Positions 24,397 through 40,760 of a stretch of 64,000 nucleotides of DNA are shown piece by piece (position 1 is the first letter of the stretch; each line of letters opens with the position of its first letter). Source of the stretch: Eledone cirrhosa (Eukaryota); NCBI GenBank assembly GCA_964016885.1, contig OZ024740.1, forward strand, positions 357,678,001 through 357,742,000, given 5' to 3'. The notes beneath the pieces were generated by a model. That model searched no databases and had not been told where the DNA came from. It was given only the letters and a program-made list of their open reading frames with translations. A program made the position numbers and the translations under genes.

Positions 24397-24708
24397 CAGC
24401 AGAGCATTGGCCTTGCAATCGAAAGATTGCGAGTTCAATTCTCAGACCGGGTGATGTGTTGTTTCCTTGAGCAAGACACTTTATTTCACATTGCTCCAGT
24501 TTACTCAGCTGTAGAAATGAGATGATAGGGACTGGGGTCCCTATCATTCCACTGCAAAGTGGCCGTGTAGTGGTCGGCAAAAAAGCACCCAGCACTCACT
24601 GTAAATGAGGTTGGTGTTAGGAAGGGCATCCAGCTGTAGAAATCAAGCCAGAATCAGTTCCCGTCCCACCCTTGCAAGCAGGGAAAAGCGGACGTAAAAT
24701 GATGATGA
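24395..24708 (+). mobile_element. Composite SINE (tRNA head + CORE-like + RTE-B 3' tail); copies at 37943-38182, 45540-45878, 46788-47112
   Basis: tggcttagtggttagagcattggccttgcaatcg...gagttcaattc head, ccttgagcaagacactt core, tail ctgtaaatgaggttggtgttaggaagggcatccagctgtagaaa...ggacgtaaaatgatgat matching the RTE-B 3' UTR. Confidence 0.88.
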
Positions 24709-24724
24709 TTTATATATATATTTA

Positions 24725-24761
<37 letters not shown>

Positions 24762-24802
24762 ATTTATATATATATATATATTTATATATATATTTATATA
24801 TA

Positions 24803-24845
<43 letters not shown>

Positions 24846-25002
24846 ATTAAAATACTGGAGCGTGTTGGAGTTAAACACCCTCTTCGTATTATAGAAATGA
24901 CAGTGAAAGGTATAGCTCAATGTAATTAAACAGAGCCGAAGAATTATGAAAGTAAAACAAAGAAGCCTTCAATACATCAAAAGTCTTTATTAGCCAACAA
25001 TC

Positions 25003-25027
25003 TTTCGTCCTATTAAGGACTCATCAG
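25003..25027 (-). ncRNA. Hammerhead ribozyme core in a Penelope pLTR-like remnant (~24843-25430)
   Basis: Minus strand reads CTGATGA-GTCCT-TAAT-AGGAC-GAAA: exact catalytic boxes with a perfect 5-bp stem II; stems I and III are weak. Confidence 0.65.
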
Positions 25028-26738
25028 GGCAATTAAAACAACAAGAAGTATTATCGGCCAATACAAGCCGAAAACTCCGAAGAATATGGAGTGTACATAC
25101 ACTAAAGTATTGCAAGATTATGGGTAAAAATATATAATAAAAATCACTAAGGAGGTGTATAACATTTAGAACCATATTACAAATATAGTCCAAAGCAAAA
25201 AAAACCTAGAGCTAAACAAAGGTGGTTATATAGAGCAGGAATTATATATAATACTATATAATATAATATAATATACTTGTAACAATATTAAAATTACAAT
25301 AAAAATTAAAAGGTACAATATACATATGTATATATGTACGCACACGTACGCACATATACACATACATCAATACACATATCCATCTTTAACAGCACAAATT
25401 AAACCTTATTAAGAGTTTAAATATAAATAAGCATGTCCCTTTACGGACTGAGTTCAAATCTCGCCGAGGTTAACTTTGCCTTTCATCCTTACGGGGTCGA
25501 TAAAATAAAGTACCAGTAATACACTGGGATAATTGCTGACCTTCTGCCAAAAGTAGAAACAATTATAGGTAATCCAGTTAGAGGTTGTGAGTACTCTGCG
25601 TCGTGGATAGTTTTAATGTATGGCTTTGTTTGACTCAACAAGATGCTTCCATAGTTATGCAGCGTGTTCGCGGTAATTTCTATGTAGATTATACTTGGAG
25701 TAATAATAAGGGGCTTTATTTAAATAATGTATTGGAGTTCGAGTGACGCAACCTCAAGAGATTAGCGAACTTTAGACTTACCTGATCAACGAAACAATTG
25801 TCAGTACTTTAAATAAAGCCCCTTATTGTACAGCCAACCATGTTACTCTTCATATATTAAATAGTGATACTTTCTATATTAAATAGTTATACTCTGCTTT
25901 GTATTAAGTACCATACTTACCGACTGAACCCGGGATAAACTTATATATATATATATATATCATCATCATCGTTTAACGTCTACCATCCACACTAGCATGG
26001 GTTTAGACGGGAATTGTCCCACGTGAGGCAAGATTGGTTGTCTTGCTCGTATAGGACTGTCTGACGGGGTTTCTATGGCTGGATGCCCTTCCTAACACCA
26101 ACCACGTTTACAGTGTAGACAGGGAGGTTTATACAGTAAAAAATAACATGAAAAACATTCTTAATGAATTGAACTTTTCCTTTTAGAAGGAGAGAGAAGA
26201 CAAAAACCTTGTAGCAATCATTAGTGTAACTCAATGAAAAAGGGCAGATAATTTCAAGAAATTAAAAATTAATTAGAAAAGATATTTAATTCTCATACTT
26301 AAGGAAAAATCTGATCTTTGTTAGTGACAATGGTGACAGCAATGAAGATGTTTTAGTCTTATTGAATCTCATCAGTGCAGCATAGTCAGCATGAACCTAC
26401 TTACAGACCGAAAAGGGTTACAGAAAGTTTTGTACATATGTCATTTAGTACATTATCACCTACTTGAGTTTAACATAGATAAATTGTGACAGAGCTTCTA
26501 TCAACTGCAGCCTATTATCAAATCAACAAGGCTGTTGAAACTGATAGAAGACTTTGGTCAGCAGATAAATACCTGAGTAGATTCCTGTAGTCTATATTGC
26601 TTGAATTCATTGAATTTATTATTGCAAGCTAACAAAACACTTGCTATTTATTTAATGCTGAAGGTTATAACACCTGTGAGCTGTCCCTATCCTCAAATAC
26701 CTATTTATCTCTAATTTACTTTAAATGAAATCATCCTA

Positions 26739-27993
26739 TGAGGGGAAGTCATAAACTATATGCACTCTTATTTCTGTAATTTATTAAAACAAAAGCAGGG
26801 GTTGAACAATTACATCATTTTTTGACATAATCTCCTTGCTTTTCGATGTGCTTCTTCCAGCAGTCCACAAGCTTGTTTATTCCAACAGAGAAGGTTTTCA
26901 GCTCATCATGCAGCCATTTATGCACCACTTCCTGCACTTCTTCATCTATAAGAAATTGACGAGCTCATAAAGGATATTTGAGTTGTCCAAAGATATGACA
27001 GTGAGAAGGGTGTTCCAGCAACACGAAACTCAATTTTTCAATGGTGTAAACAGTGGGTGTGCATTGTCATGAAACAATAACATTTGCTTTGGGAACAGAT
27101 CTCAGTGTTTGTGTGTGAATTGCTTGTTTCAGCTTGTTGACCAGCATTTCACTGTAACCTACACTGGTGACTTTTTAAACCTCTTTTCCAGATAATGTTC
27201 CAGTATAGGCCCTTTTGCATCCCCCAAAACAGTTAACATCACTTTTTTTGTGGAAGATTGAATCTTGAATTTCTTTTTCACTGGCAATCCTGTGTTTTTC
27301 CACTCCATACTTTACCTTTTGGATTCTGGCTGAAAGTGATGGACCCAGGTCTCATCTCCTGTGACTATTTTCACCAAAAAAGCTTTGCCTTTATTGTTGT
27401 AGCGGTCAAGTAAGCATTGACAGAACTCCACATGATTGTGCTTATGCGCTTCGGTAAGCTCTCTTGCCATCCATCTTGCATAGCCTCTATGGAAGCGAGG
27501 CTTGTCATGGATGATTTTGTATGCAGAACCATGCCTAATTTGCAGAGAATATTTCGCCTTATTGATGGTTCTTCATTGGTTCACCAGATCCTTCTCTCGA
27601 GCTTGTTAAATCTTTATGTCAGTGGTGGAGGTTGATGGGTGTCCTGCTCCCTCTTCGTACTTCATGCTTGTCTGGCCATTTTAAAACTTCTCGATCCACT
27701 CATACACACTTTTATGCAGTAGAGCATTGTCCTGTATTGTACTGAAAGCCTGCAATGAATTTCAGCTTCTGACACACCTTCAGATGAGAGAAATCGGATC
27801 ATTGATCTCTGTTCTTCCTAGGTGTACACTGTTAGTGGAGTGTCCATATATACCCTGGAACAAAAGGGAAAAGAAAACTGGAGCAATCAAGGTCAAACCT
27901 CAGTTATGTAATTAGAAAGCGAGCACTGAAAGAAGTGTGGCTAAATTGAAGACGGTTTTGACGAAAGTGCAGATAATTTTTGACTTCCCTTCA
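26739..27993 (-). mobile_element. Decayed mariner (Tc1/mariner) DNA transposon
   Basis: Imperfect TIRs tgaggggaagtcataaactatatgcact / agtgcagataatttttgacttcccttca flanked by TA; ~1.25 kb; minus-strand remnants HDNA and GINKLV..WKKHIEKQGDY. Confidence 0.85.
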
Positions 27994-28820
27994 TATTATT
28001 CTTATGTTGTTAATGTTTAGCCTTATGTCAGCTCTGATCAAGCAGATTTATAATTAAAGTCATTCAAACCCTGCTTATCTTATCTTTTAAGGCATAATGC
28101 ATCCTAGACTAGATTATTGGCATAGTTGTATGGGACCCTTTTTGTTGATGGGGCAGATTTTCTTAAAATTTTACACAGATAAAACAAATATAAATTTAAA
28201 ATAAAAAGTCTTTTTATCAATCGACAATACACAGCACCAATTACAGAACATGCAACTTAAAAGAAACTTCAATGCCCTTGTGGTATGTGATTGTATATGT
28301 GTATATGTATGCTTGTCATCATCATAATCATCTTCGTTTAACGTCCATCTAGCATGGGTTAGACGGAGCATGGGTGCATGTCAATAGACTCAATCAACTA
28401 CAACTTCTATGCATGCAATCAAATAAAAGAGATACTTTGGAAATTTTTGAAAGTTTTAAATATTAGATTTAAATATATAGTCAAACATTTTATATACTTT
28501 TAAACATGTTACACATAAATCGTTTGTCATGCACACATGAAATCTGATATGTGCATGTAAGAGATGAGTTAAATAGAGATTTGTCTGATAATTATGGTTT
28601 TAATAACACAAACGTCACACAATCCCTATATGCCTGTTCTAATATAATTATTTTATCCCACCGAGGTTAACTTTGCCTTTCATCCTTACGGGGTCGATAA
28701 AATAAAGTACCAGTAATACACTGGCTAATTGCTGGCCTTGTGCCTAACGTAGAAACAATTATTTTATGAATGAAATATTGAATATCAAAATCTTAGCCTC
28801 TGATTTTTCCACAACTTCTG

Positions 28821-28863
<43 letters not shown>

Positions 28864-28866
<3 letters not shown>

Positions 28867-29731
28867 TAGCTGCTAAAGGGTTCTCCCTAAAAATGAAAGG
28901 CAGGTTGTACGATGCCTGCATACGAACAGCAATGTTGCATGGCAGTGAGACCTGGGCATTGTGTGCAGAGGATATATGCAGACTAGAGAGGAACGAAGCT
29001 TGCATGCTCCGCTGGATGTGTAACAGTAATATACGTGAACGGCAAAGCATAAACGAACTAAGGAAAAAATTAGAGATAAGAGGGATCAGATGTTGTTTAC
29101 TCGAGAGAAGGCTACGTTGGTATGGACACGTGATGCGCATGAAAGTCGATAGCTGTATAACAAAGTGCAGGGCAATAAAGATAGACGGTAGCCATGGAAT
29201 AGGCAGACCTAGAAAAACCTGGGACGAGCTGATAAACTCCGACCTCACACACTTACACCTCTCCAAGACAATGTCACTGGACCGAGACCTTTGGCGGTAC
29301 TCAGTAACAGAGAAGACCCGCCTTACCTAAATATATAGTAAAACCTACTCCAGCCAGTAGGCATCTCTAACAAAATACACCCCGCCCCACCCCCACCCCA
29401 TCCACACCACCCCATCCACACCACCCCGTTCTATGTAAAGTTATGTTGGTGCCGCGCCATCCAGGCCGAAACAAATGAGATCGTGTAGGTGTCACGACAA
29501 AAAAACACACAGTCCACGCTGTAATGTGACCGTGTTGGCAACACGGTAAAAACCTCCCAGACCCACACTGTAAATGTGGTTGGTGTTAGGAAGGGCATCC
29601 AACTGTAGAAAACCTGCCAGACAGTCCTATGCGAGCAAGACAATCACTCTTGCCTCAAGTGGGACTACCCCCGTCCAAACCCATGCAAGCGTGGAACACG
29701 GACGTTAAACGTTGATGATGATGATGATGAT
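28864..29731 (+). mobile_element. 5'-truncated RTE family B copy
   Basis: ORF 28893-29330 (KGRLYDAC...[11 protein letters not shown]...GRPRKTW), 3' UTR and (GAT)n tail. Confidence 0.92.
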
Positions 29732-30050
29732 ATATATGCATACCATATATAAATATGACCCAGACTCACCACCTCAGCCTCCAGCCCCATATGCCGGACT
29801 ACGTGCCTGCCCTCCTCACCCATCCTAAAAAACATTTTTTTTCACAGCCTTCCCCCAAAATGAGGAAACACTAGCGTCTGATACGTTGAAACATATCAAT
29901 TTTCCTTTTCCTACTAATAAATCTTTGTTTCGTCTGTGTTTTTGTTGAATATATATATATATATTTATTGCTCTACGGTTCTTATATATTTGATATATAT
30001 TTATCCTTATCGAGCCCTCTTTGGATTTTAGTCTTCAAATTTATTATTAT

Positions 30051-30100
<50 letters not shown>

Positions 30101-30614
30101 GCACGTGTGTGTGTAATTTCATTAAAAGTTTGCTATCATAACCAAAATTTATTAAATAGTACTTTTAAGTGAATAAATTACCACATAAAAAAAAATGCGA
30201 GATGGCACTGGTGATTATGTCGATCAGTAGTTAACTTGTAGTTATGTTATTGACCGAAAGAAAGATGAAAAACTAAATATACCACGTTACGAAATACTAA
30301 AATACATTTAATCTGTTACTCTACCAATTGTCACATGAGGAACAACGAAAGTAGAATCTTTTAGCTGCGATAAAAGAAAGCGGTTGAGGTCGGGAGGAAT
30401 GTCATTGGAGGGACATCCGGGTTCGCTTAGACTTTACGTGTGGTCAGTGACATTTAATAAAGTTTCGGACTTTTTAGATGTTGATTTATATATATACATA
30501 CACACAGACACATATATGTATGTATCCCGGGTTCAATCGGGGGTAACCATAGTAAGTAAGGTACTCAATACATAGCAGAGTATAAATTTTCATATATTTC
30601 TATATTAAATATAT

Positions 30615-30870
30615 ATATAATAATAAACAAGAAAGATGTTATTATTTGTCCATCCCTATTTATTTTATTATACGTATTTCGAAGACGTATGGCATTTGTA
30701 TAACATTTGCCCTACGTATTCTCTTCAGACAAACATGCACACGAGTTGTAAATATTCGTTGATGTTGCCGGTAGGGCAGATGTTATACAAATGCCATACG
30801 TCTCCGAAATACGTATAATAAAATAAATAGGGATGGACAAATGAAACAGTCTTTCTTGTTTATTATTATA
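30615..30870. repeat. Long inverted repeat / MITE-like fold-back
   Basis: Arms ~30615-30716 and 30772-30870 are near-perfect reverse complements (atttgtccatccctattt...ccctac / gtagggc...agggatggacaaat). Confidence 0.8.
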
Positions 30871-31169
30871 ATGAAACTCCGGATAAACATTCATCTGTTA
30901 TGAAAAGTCGGCAAATTTTCAATCAACCAACTTTTCTTAATTGAATATATATATATATATATTTGAAAAAAAGATAAGGTTCTATACAAAACAGAGGTTA
31001 TAGAAAAAAAAGTAAGAATGGAAACAGCCAGAATGCAAAGAGAAGAAATCATTATTGGCATAAGAAATAAAAAAATACATAAATGCTTAATGAAAACTCA
31101 AACAAATCAAATTCTAAGACATCATTCAGATAACTGGGATTATTAGCTCGAGTATGATTAGTGGAAACA

Positions 31170-31480
31170 CTGACCAATAGCAAGCGAGTTTTCATCTAGT
31201 GTAGCCTTGCACTAATAAAGTAGCCAATCGCTGTAGACTTTATAATTCAATTTCACAATAACCTGCTAAAGAATTATCATACGGAAACAACAACAACGAC
31301 AAAGAAAAACGAAAACAAAAACTGTGGCAAAAATAAATAAAATGAATCTAAATAATGCAAATAACTTTGAGGTTAGGTGGGTCAGTTGATGTGCACTCCC
31401 TTTCTTTAACCGGTTGCTAACTGAGCTCAACGTTTCAGCATTACTTTGCTATATTCTCATATTTGTTGATGTAGCCAATC
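31170..31480 (+). promoter_or_regulatory. Candidate promoter with three CCAAT boxes
   Basis: gaCCAATag (~31174), agCCAATcg (~31224), agCCAATc (~31475), same orientation, in a TE-free stretch before a purine-rich leader. Confidence 0.4.
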
Positions 31481-32020
31481 TTTTTATTTTATATACCATA
31501 GTGTCCATTGTAATTTTTGTTCCGCTACTAATTCTTTTTCGTTTATTTGTTTTTTTTTCTTTTTGAGTGGCGTATGTCTGTTTCTATAAGTGTACGAAGT
31601 AGAAGTGAGAGAGAGAAAAGAAGGGGGAAAAGACAGGAAGAAATAGAGTGAGTGAAAGAAAAAAAGAGGCGGAGTGAGAGGAAGGAAAAAGAAGTAACAC
31701 AGAGGAGAAGTCAGAAAGGAAGTACAAGAGAGAGAAAAGGAAGAAGTGAGAGACAAAAAAGAAAGGAAAGAGTTCAACAGGGAGAAAATAGATGTGAGTG
31801 AGAGAGAAAAAGGAAAATACAGAGAGAAGTGCATCATTTTTACTCGGCGAAGTTTATCAGTTTTTTTTCTGTGCTGATTGTGTGTGGGTCAAACTTGGCA
31901 TATTTTCAATGGTGGAAATAACTTTAAGAAATACCTAAGAGGATTGTTGTCTGCTGTCGAAAAATAAATCTGCAAGCAATTAAGGATCGCATAAGCAAAC
32001 TGAAATAACTACCTCTGACC

Positions 32021-32030
32021 ATGATGAAAG
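32021..32030 (+). CDS. Candidate first coding exon (MMK-) of an unidentified gene
   Basis: gaccATGATGAAAG|GTAGGT: good start context and strong donor, downstream of the CCAAT cluster; no next exon found. Confidence 0.35.
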
Positions 32031-32979
32031 GTAGGTCACAGCTCACACCATTCATAGCTACATTTTGTATCTACATTACCCTAGGTATAGAGCACCTAAC
32101 TCACTCCAAACCAATTTTTTAATACTCATAGCCATCTATCCAAATGTATGTATGTGTCGAAGCTTTCAGTGTTAACTATCTTAACTCATAGTCGAATAAT
32201 CATCATCGTTTTAGTTGTTGACAACTATCAACGGCCTAATTACATTCCCTACTTCATTCAATTAAAAAAATGTCTGATCTATTTTGCACAATCGTTTACT
32301 CCAGTTCAAATCTAATACTTCTTTCCAGTGTAATATGCATCCGTAATTAGCAACTTTTATTGTGCACTTTCAATCTATTGCAATATTTGGATCTTCCTTA
32401 GAAAATTAAGCATTTTAAGAAAGGTATTAGTATGCAATGATTCTATTGATATAATTAAATTTGATTGCATTCTCTACGTGCTGCAATGTTGCATAATTAA
32501 GACAGGCACCCAGGACGATGTTAGCTTGCATAGAGCAGGAATGTAACATTGGTGCAGTTAAAGTCCGATTACTAATTTATGTTGATATAACTGTGTCACT
32601 ACTGCAGGTTTTCTATTAGTGTGGAATATTTAACCTTCTCACTCCCCAATTCGTCTTGTTACTCGAAGTTACAGAGTACTAGTTGCTACGAAGAAATATA
32701 GGAAACTTTTGAAGTGTTTAAATGTACAGAATCCGCCCTAATCCAGATATATATTTTCCAGTTCGTCGCAAAGGTCGAGGCAAACCTTTCTTTATCACTT
32801 AAGCTCCTCCCAGGTGTGTGAATAAAAGTCAAGAGCAAAGATCTAGTTTAGCTGTTTTTAATTGCATGATTAGGTACATTTTTTAAATTGTCTTTGTCAG
32901 GCAAAAAAGAATGAGGAAGCCTTGTGGAGATTTTTAAGCCCATATTATAGGTGTCTGTTTGCATTGTAAGCCATACTTT

Positions 32980-35421
<2,442 letters not shown>

Positions 35422-35748
35422 AGTATTTACGTATCGAGAAAGAGAGAAAAAAAGGAGGGATAGGTGATACATATAGTTATTTGCCAAGTAGCGTATGCCA
35501 AAGGTGCTCGATACTAGTGCCGGCAGTATTAAATATTCGAAGTGTTAATATTTAGTGGGCTATGTATATATATATATATATGTATATATATTTATGTATA
35601 TATATATATGTATATATATTTATGTATATATATTTATGTATATATATATATGTATATATATTTATGTATATATATATATATATATATTTATGTATATATA
35701 TATATATATATATATTTATGTATATATATATATGTATATATATATATG

Positions 35749-35797
<49 letters not shown>

Positions 35798-35864
35798 GTA
35801 TATATATTATATATATATGTATATATATTATATATATATGTATATATATATATATATGTATGTG

Positions 35865-35895
<31 letters not shown>

Positions 35896-35926
35896 GTATG
35901 TGTATATATATATATGTGTATATATG

Positions 35927-35993
<67 letters not shown>

Positions 35994-36060
35994 GTATATA
36001 TGTATATATATATATATGTATATATATGTATATATGTATATATATATATGTATATATATT

Positions 36061-36514
36061 TCGTTTCTGAATTTGTTTAGCAAGATTCTTTATCTGAAAA
36101 CGTGTGTTGAAACCGATATTGTTATACTTTGGGAGGGTCATGTTGCCAATAAGAAACACATGCACCAGTTGCTTTCACTTTATTATAATAAATTGCTTTT
36201 CAATTTATTATAATAAATTTATAAATTTAGGAATTTATAAATTTCCGGTTGGTTGGTAGGTTCCACAACCAGATAATTGTTTATATATTGTCAAAGTTCT
36301 TTCGTCACACATTCTGTGACCTCTTCAGTGACTGGGGATTCTTTTCTTTGAAGAGGTCACAGAATGTGTGACGAAAGAACTTTGACAATATATAAACAAT
36401 CATCTGGTTGTGGAACCAACCAACCAATTTATAAATTTATTATAATAAATTGAAGTGAAAGCAACTGGTGCGTGTGTTTCTTATTGGAAAACATGACCCT
36501 CTCAAAGTATAACA
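36061..36514. mobile_element. Non-coding fold-back element with hammerhead-like cores, homologous to 7801-8570
   Basis: Arms 36120-36327 / 36349-36514; minus strand gtca-CTGAAGA-g-gtcaca-gaatg-tgtgac-GAAA-gaac-TT-tgac (36290-36332); outer ends align with 8490-8570. Confidence 0.78.
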
Positions 36515-37688
36515 TCATCATCATCATCATAATCGTTTAACGTCCATATTCCACGCTTGCATGGGTTTGGACGGGAGTTTTCCCACTTGAGGCAAGAGTG
36601 GTTGTCTTGCTCGCATAGGACTGTCTGGCGGGTTTTCTACGGCTGGATCCCCTTCCTAACACCAACCACATTTACAGTGTGGAACTGGGAGGTTTTTACC
36701 GTGTTACCTACACGGCCACATTACAGCGTGGACTGTGTGTTTTTTTTGTCGTGACACCTACAAGACCTCATTTGTTTCGGCCTAGATGTTGTGGTACCAA
36801 CATAACTTTACATTTGAAGGGGCGGTGTGGATGGGGTGGGGGTAGTGGGACGGGGGTGTATTTTGTTAGAGGTGCCTACTGACTGTAGTAGGTTTTACTT
36901 TGTATTTAGGTAAGGCGGGTCTTCTCTATTACTGTGTAGCGCCAAAGATCTCGGTCCAGTGACATTGTCTTGGAGAGGTGTAAGTGTGTGAGGTCGGAAT
37001 TTATCAAGTCTTCCCAGGTTTTTCTGGGTCTATTTTTATTGCCCTGCACTTTTTTATACAACTGTCGTCTTTCATGCGCATCACGTGACCATACCAATGT
37101 AGCCTTCTCTCGAGTAAACAACATCTGATCCCTCTTATTTCTAATTTTTCCCTTAGTTCGTTAATGCTTTGCCGTTCACGTATATTACTATTACACATCC
37201 AGTGGAGCATGCAAGCTTCGTTCCTCTCTAGTCTGCGTATATCCTCTGCACACAATGCCCAGGTCTCACTGCCATGCAACATTGCTGTTCATATGCAGGC
37301 ATCATACAGCCTGCCTTTCATTTTTAGGGAGAACCCTTTAGCGGCTAATAGTGGTATAAGCTCTCTGAACTTTTTCCATCCAGTTCTGACTCTAGCTACT
37401 GTACTTTCAGAGCACCCTCCCTACTGCTGATTTTGTCACCCAGGTAACAGAAGCTGTTCACTATTTCTATAGAACCCTCTTTGCAATTGAAAGAGCTAGT
37501 ATTCTGTGGGCACTTGCTGCTACTTGTTGCACCAGAGCACCGGTCACATGTAAAATCTATGTTCTTAGTTAGCTTACCTGTGATCCCACTACATCTTTTA
37601 TGCACCCATACTTTGCATTTGGGACATAAAATGGAGTTTCTACCTACTCCTTTCCTACACACTGAGCATGGCCATTTCCCGGATGGGA
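36515..37688 (-). mobile_element. 5'-truncated RTE family B copy
   Basis: ORF pieces 37396-37692, 37004-37282, 36906-37124 with PHD-like finger and RT C-terminus; (GAT)n tail at 36515. Confidence 0.92.
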
Positions 37689-38182
37689 ACAATATGTATA
37701 TATATATATGTATATCTATATATATGTATATATATGTATATCTATATATATGTATATGTATATATATATGTATATATATATGTATATATATATGTATATC
37801 TATATATATGTATATGTATATATATATGTATATGTGTATATATATGTATATATATATGTATATATATATGTATATATATATGTATATGTATATATGTATA
37901 TATATGTATATATATATATATGTATATATATATGTATATATATGGAGGCATATGGCTTAGTGGTTAGAGCATTGGCCTTGCAATCGAAAGGTTGTGAGTT
38001 CAATTCTCAGACCGGGTGATGTGTTGTTTCCTTGAGCAAGAGACTTTATTTCACATTGCTCCAGTTTACTCAGCTGTAGAAATGAGATGATAGGGACCCC
38101 AGTCCCTATCATTCCACTGCAAAGTGGTCGTGGAGGTGCCACGGCAAAAAAGCACCCAGCACTCACTGTAAATGAGGTTGGC

Positions 38183-39007
38183 CACTGGTGTAAGAGGGAG
38201 TTTGTTACTGCTACCCTTAGGTTTCCCTCGTGTCTTGCTGTGGGCTCATCCGGGATCCTGGATAACAAGGTGTCGAGATGTTTCTGTGTCGAGATGTTTC
38301 TTGAAGACATCCACCTCCACGTCATGCAAATCTCTCAGATCATTCGGCAGCCTGTTGAAGAGTTGAGGGCCCTTGAATCCCAGGCTATTGCAATATTCTA
38401 GATGTGGAAGACGGGACCTTTGGCACCACACAGTGACGTCCTGTTCGACGGTTGGTCCAGCTCCCAATGCCAAAGTTTGGTGCTAGTCCCTCCAGGATTT
38501 TTCACATGTAGATTACTGCGTATCTCTCCCGTCTTCGTTACAAGGAGTAGAGGTTCAGTTCCTTTAGCCTCTCCCAGTAGCTTGTCTCCCTCATCTTGGC
38601 AATCCTCTTGGTGTAGCTTCGCTGGATTGCCTCAAGCTCCGTGGTTAGTTTGACACTATGGGGTGACCACAACTGGGAGCAGTAGTCCAGGCAGCTTAGG
38701 ACAAATGTCCTCCATAGTGTCAACATTGTGTCTCGATCTCTTGTCCGGAAAATCCTCAAGATCCAGCCAGCGAGTCGTCTGCACATTGTCGCCACTTTCA
38801 TGATGTGTGAAGAAAAAGATGCATCATCGCTCATCGCTCTATGCCCAGGTCTCGTATCGATTTTGACACGGGGATATCGGTCCCTCCTGGTCCTGTGTAG
38901 TTGTGTTGTACTATATTTGTGTTTGCAGGTTTGTTTGGAGGTTTGTATTGTAGGGCTTGGAATTTGCCAGCATTAAACTGCATGTTTTCATTAAACTGCA
39001 TGTTGTT
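38183..39007 (-). mobile_element. CR1-like LINE 3' fragment
   Basis: [10 protein letters not shown]...RDLGI...LDYCSQLWSP...LEAIQRSYTK...SYWERLKELNLYSL and IPDEP...NSL C-terminus; truncates the SINE at 37943-38182. Confidence 0.85.
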
Positions 39008-39139
39008 TATATGTATATATATATATATGTATATATATATATGTATATGTATATATATATATGTATATATATGCATATATATATGCATATATATATATGC
39101 ATATATATATATGCATATATATATGCATATATATATATG

Positions 39140-39188
<49 letters not shown>

Positions 39189-39197
39189 GTATATATA

Positions 39198-39238
<41 letters not shown>

Positions 39239-39244
39239 ATATAG

Positions 39245-39298
<54 letters not shown>

Positions 39299-39325
39299 GT
39301 ATATATATATATATGTATATATATG

Positions 39326-39430
<105 letters not shown>

Positions 39431-39431
39431 G

Positions 39432-39462
<31 letters not shown>

Positions 39463-39477
39463 GTATATATATATATG

Positions 39478-39524
<47 letters not shown>

Positions 39525-39545
39525 GTATATATATATATATGTATG

Positions 39546-39576
<31 letters not shown>

Positions 39577-39581
39577 GTATG

Positions 39582-39636
<55 letters not shown>

Positions 39637-39697
39637 GTATATATATATGTATGTATGTATATATATATGTATGTATGTATATATATATATATGTATG

Positions 39698-39832
<135 letters not shown>

Positions 39833-39865
39833 GTATATGTATATATATATATATGTATATATATG

Positions 39866-39898
<33 letters not shown>

Positions 39899-39949
39899 GT
39901 ATATATATATGTATATATATGTATATATATATATGTATATATATATATG

Positions 39950-40154
<205 letters not shown>

Positions 40155-40222
40155 GTATATATATGTATATATATATGTATATGTATATATATATGTATAT
40201 GTATATATATATGTATATGTAT

Positions 40223-40313
<91 letters not shown>

Positions 40314-40389
40314 TGTATATATATGTATATATATATGTATATATATATGTATATATATATATATATGTATATATATGTATATATATATG

Positions 40390-40492
<103 letters not shown>

Positions 40493-40522
40493 GTTTATAT
40501 ATGTATATATATGTATATATAT

Positions 40523-40554
<32 letters not shown>

Positions 40555-40627
40555 GTATATATATGTATATATATGTATATATATATATATATGTATATAT
40601 ATGTATATATATGTATATATATATATG

Positions 40628-40674
<47 letters not shown>

Positions 40675-40685
40675 GTATATATATG

Positions 40686-40754
<69 letters not shown>

Positions 40755-40760
40755 GTATAT

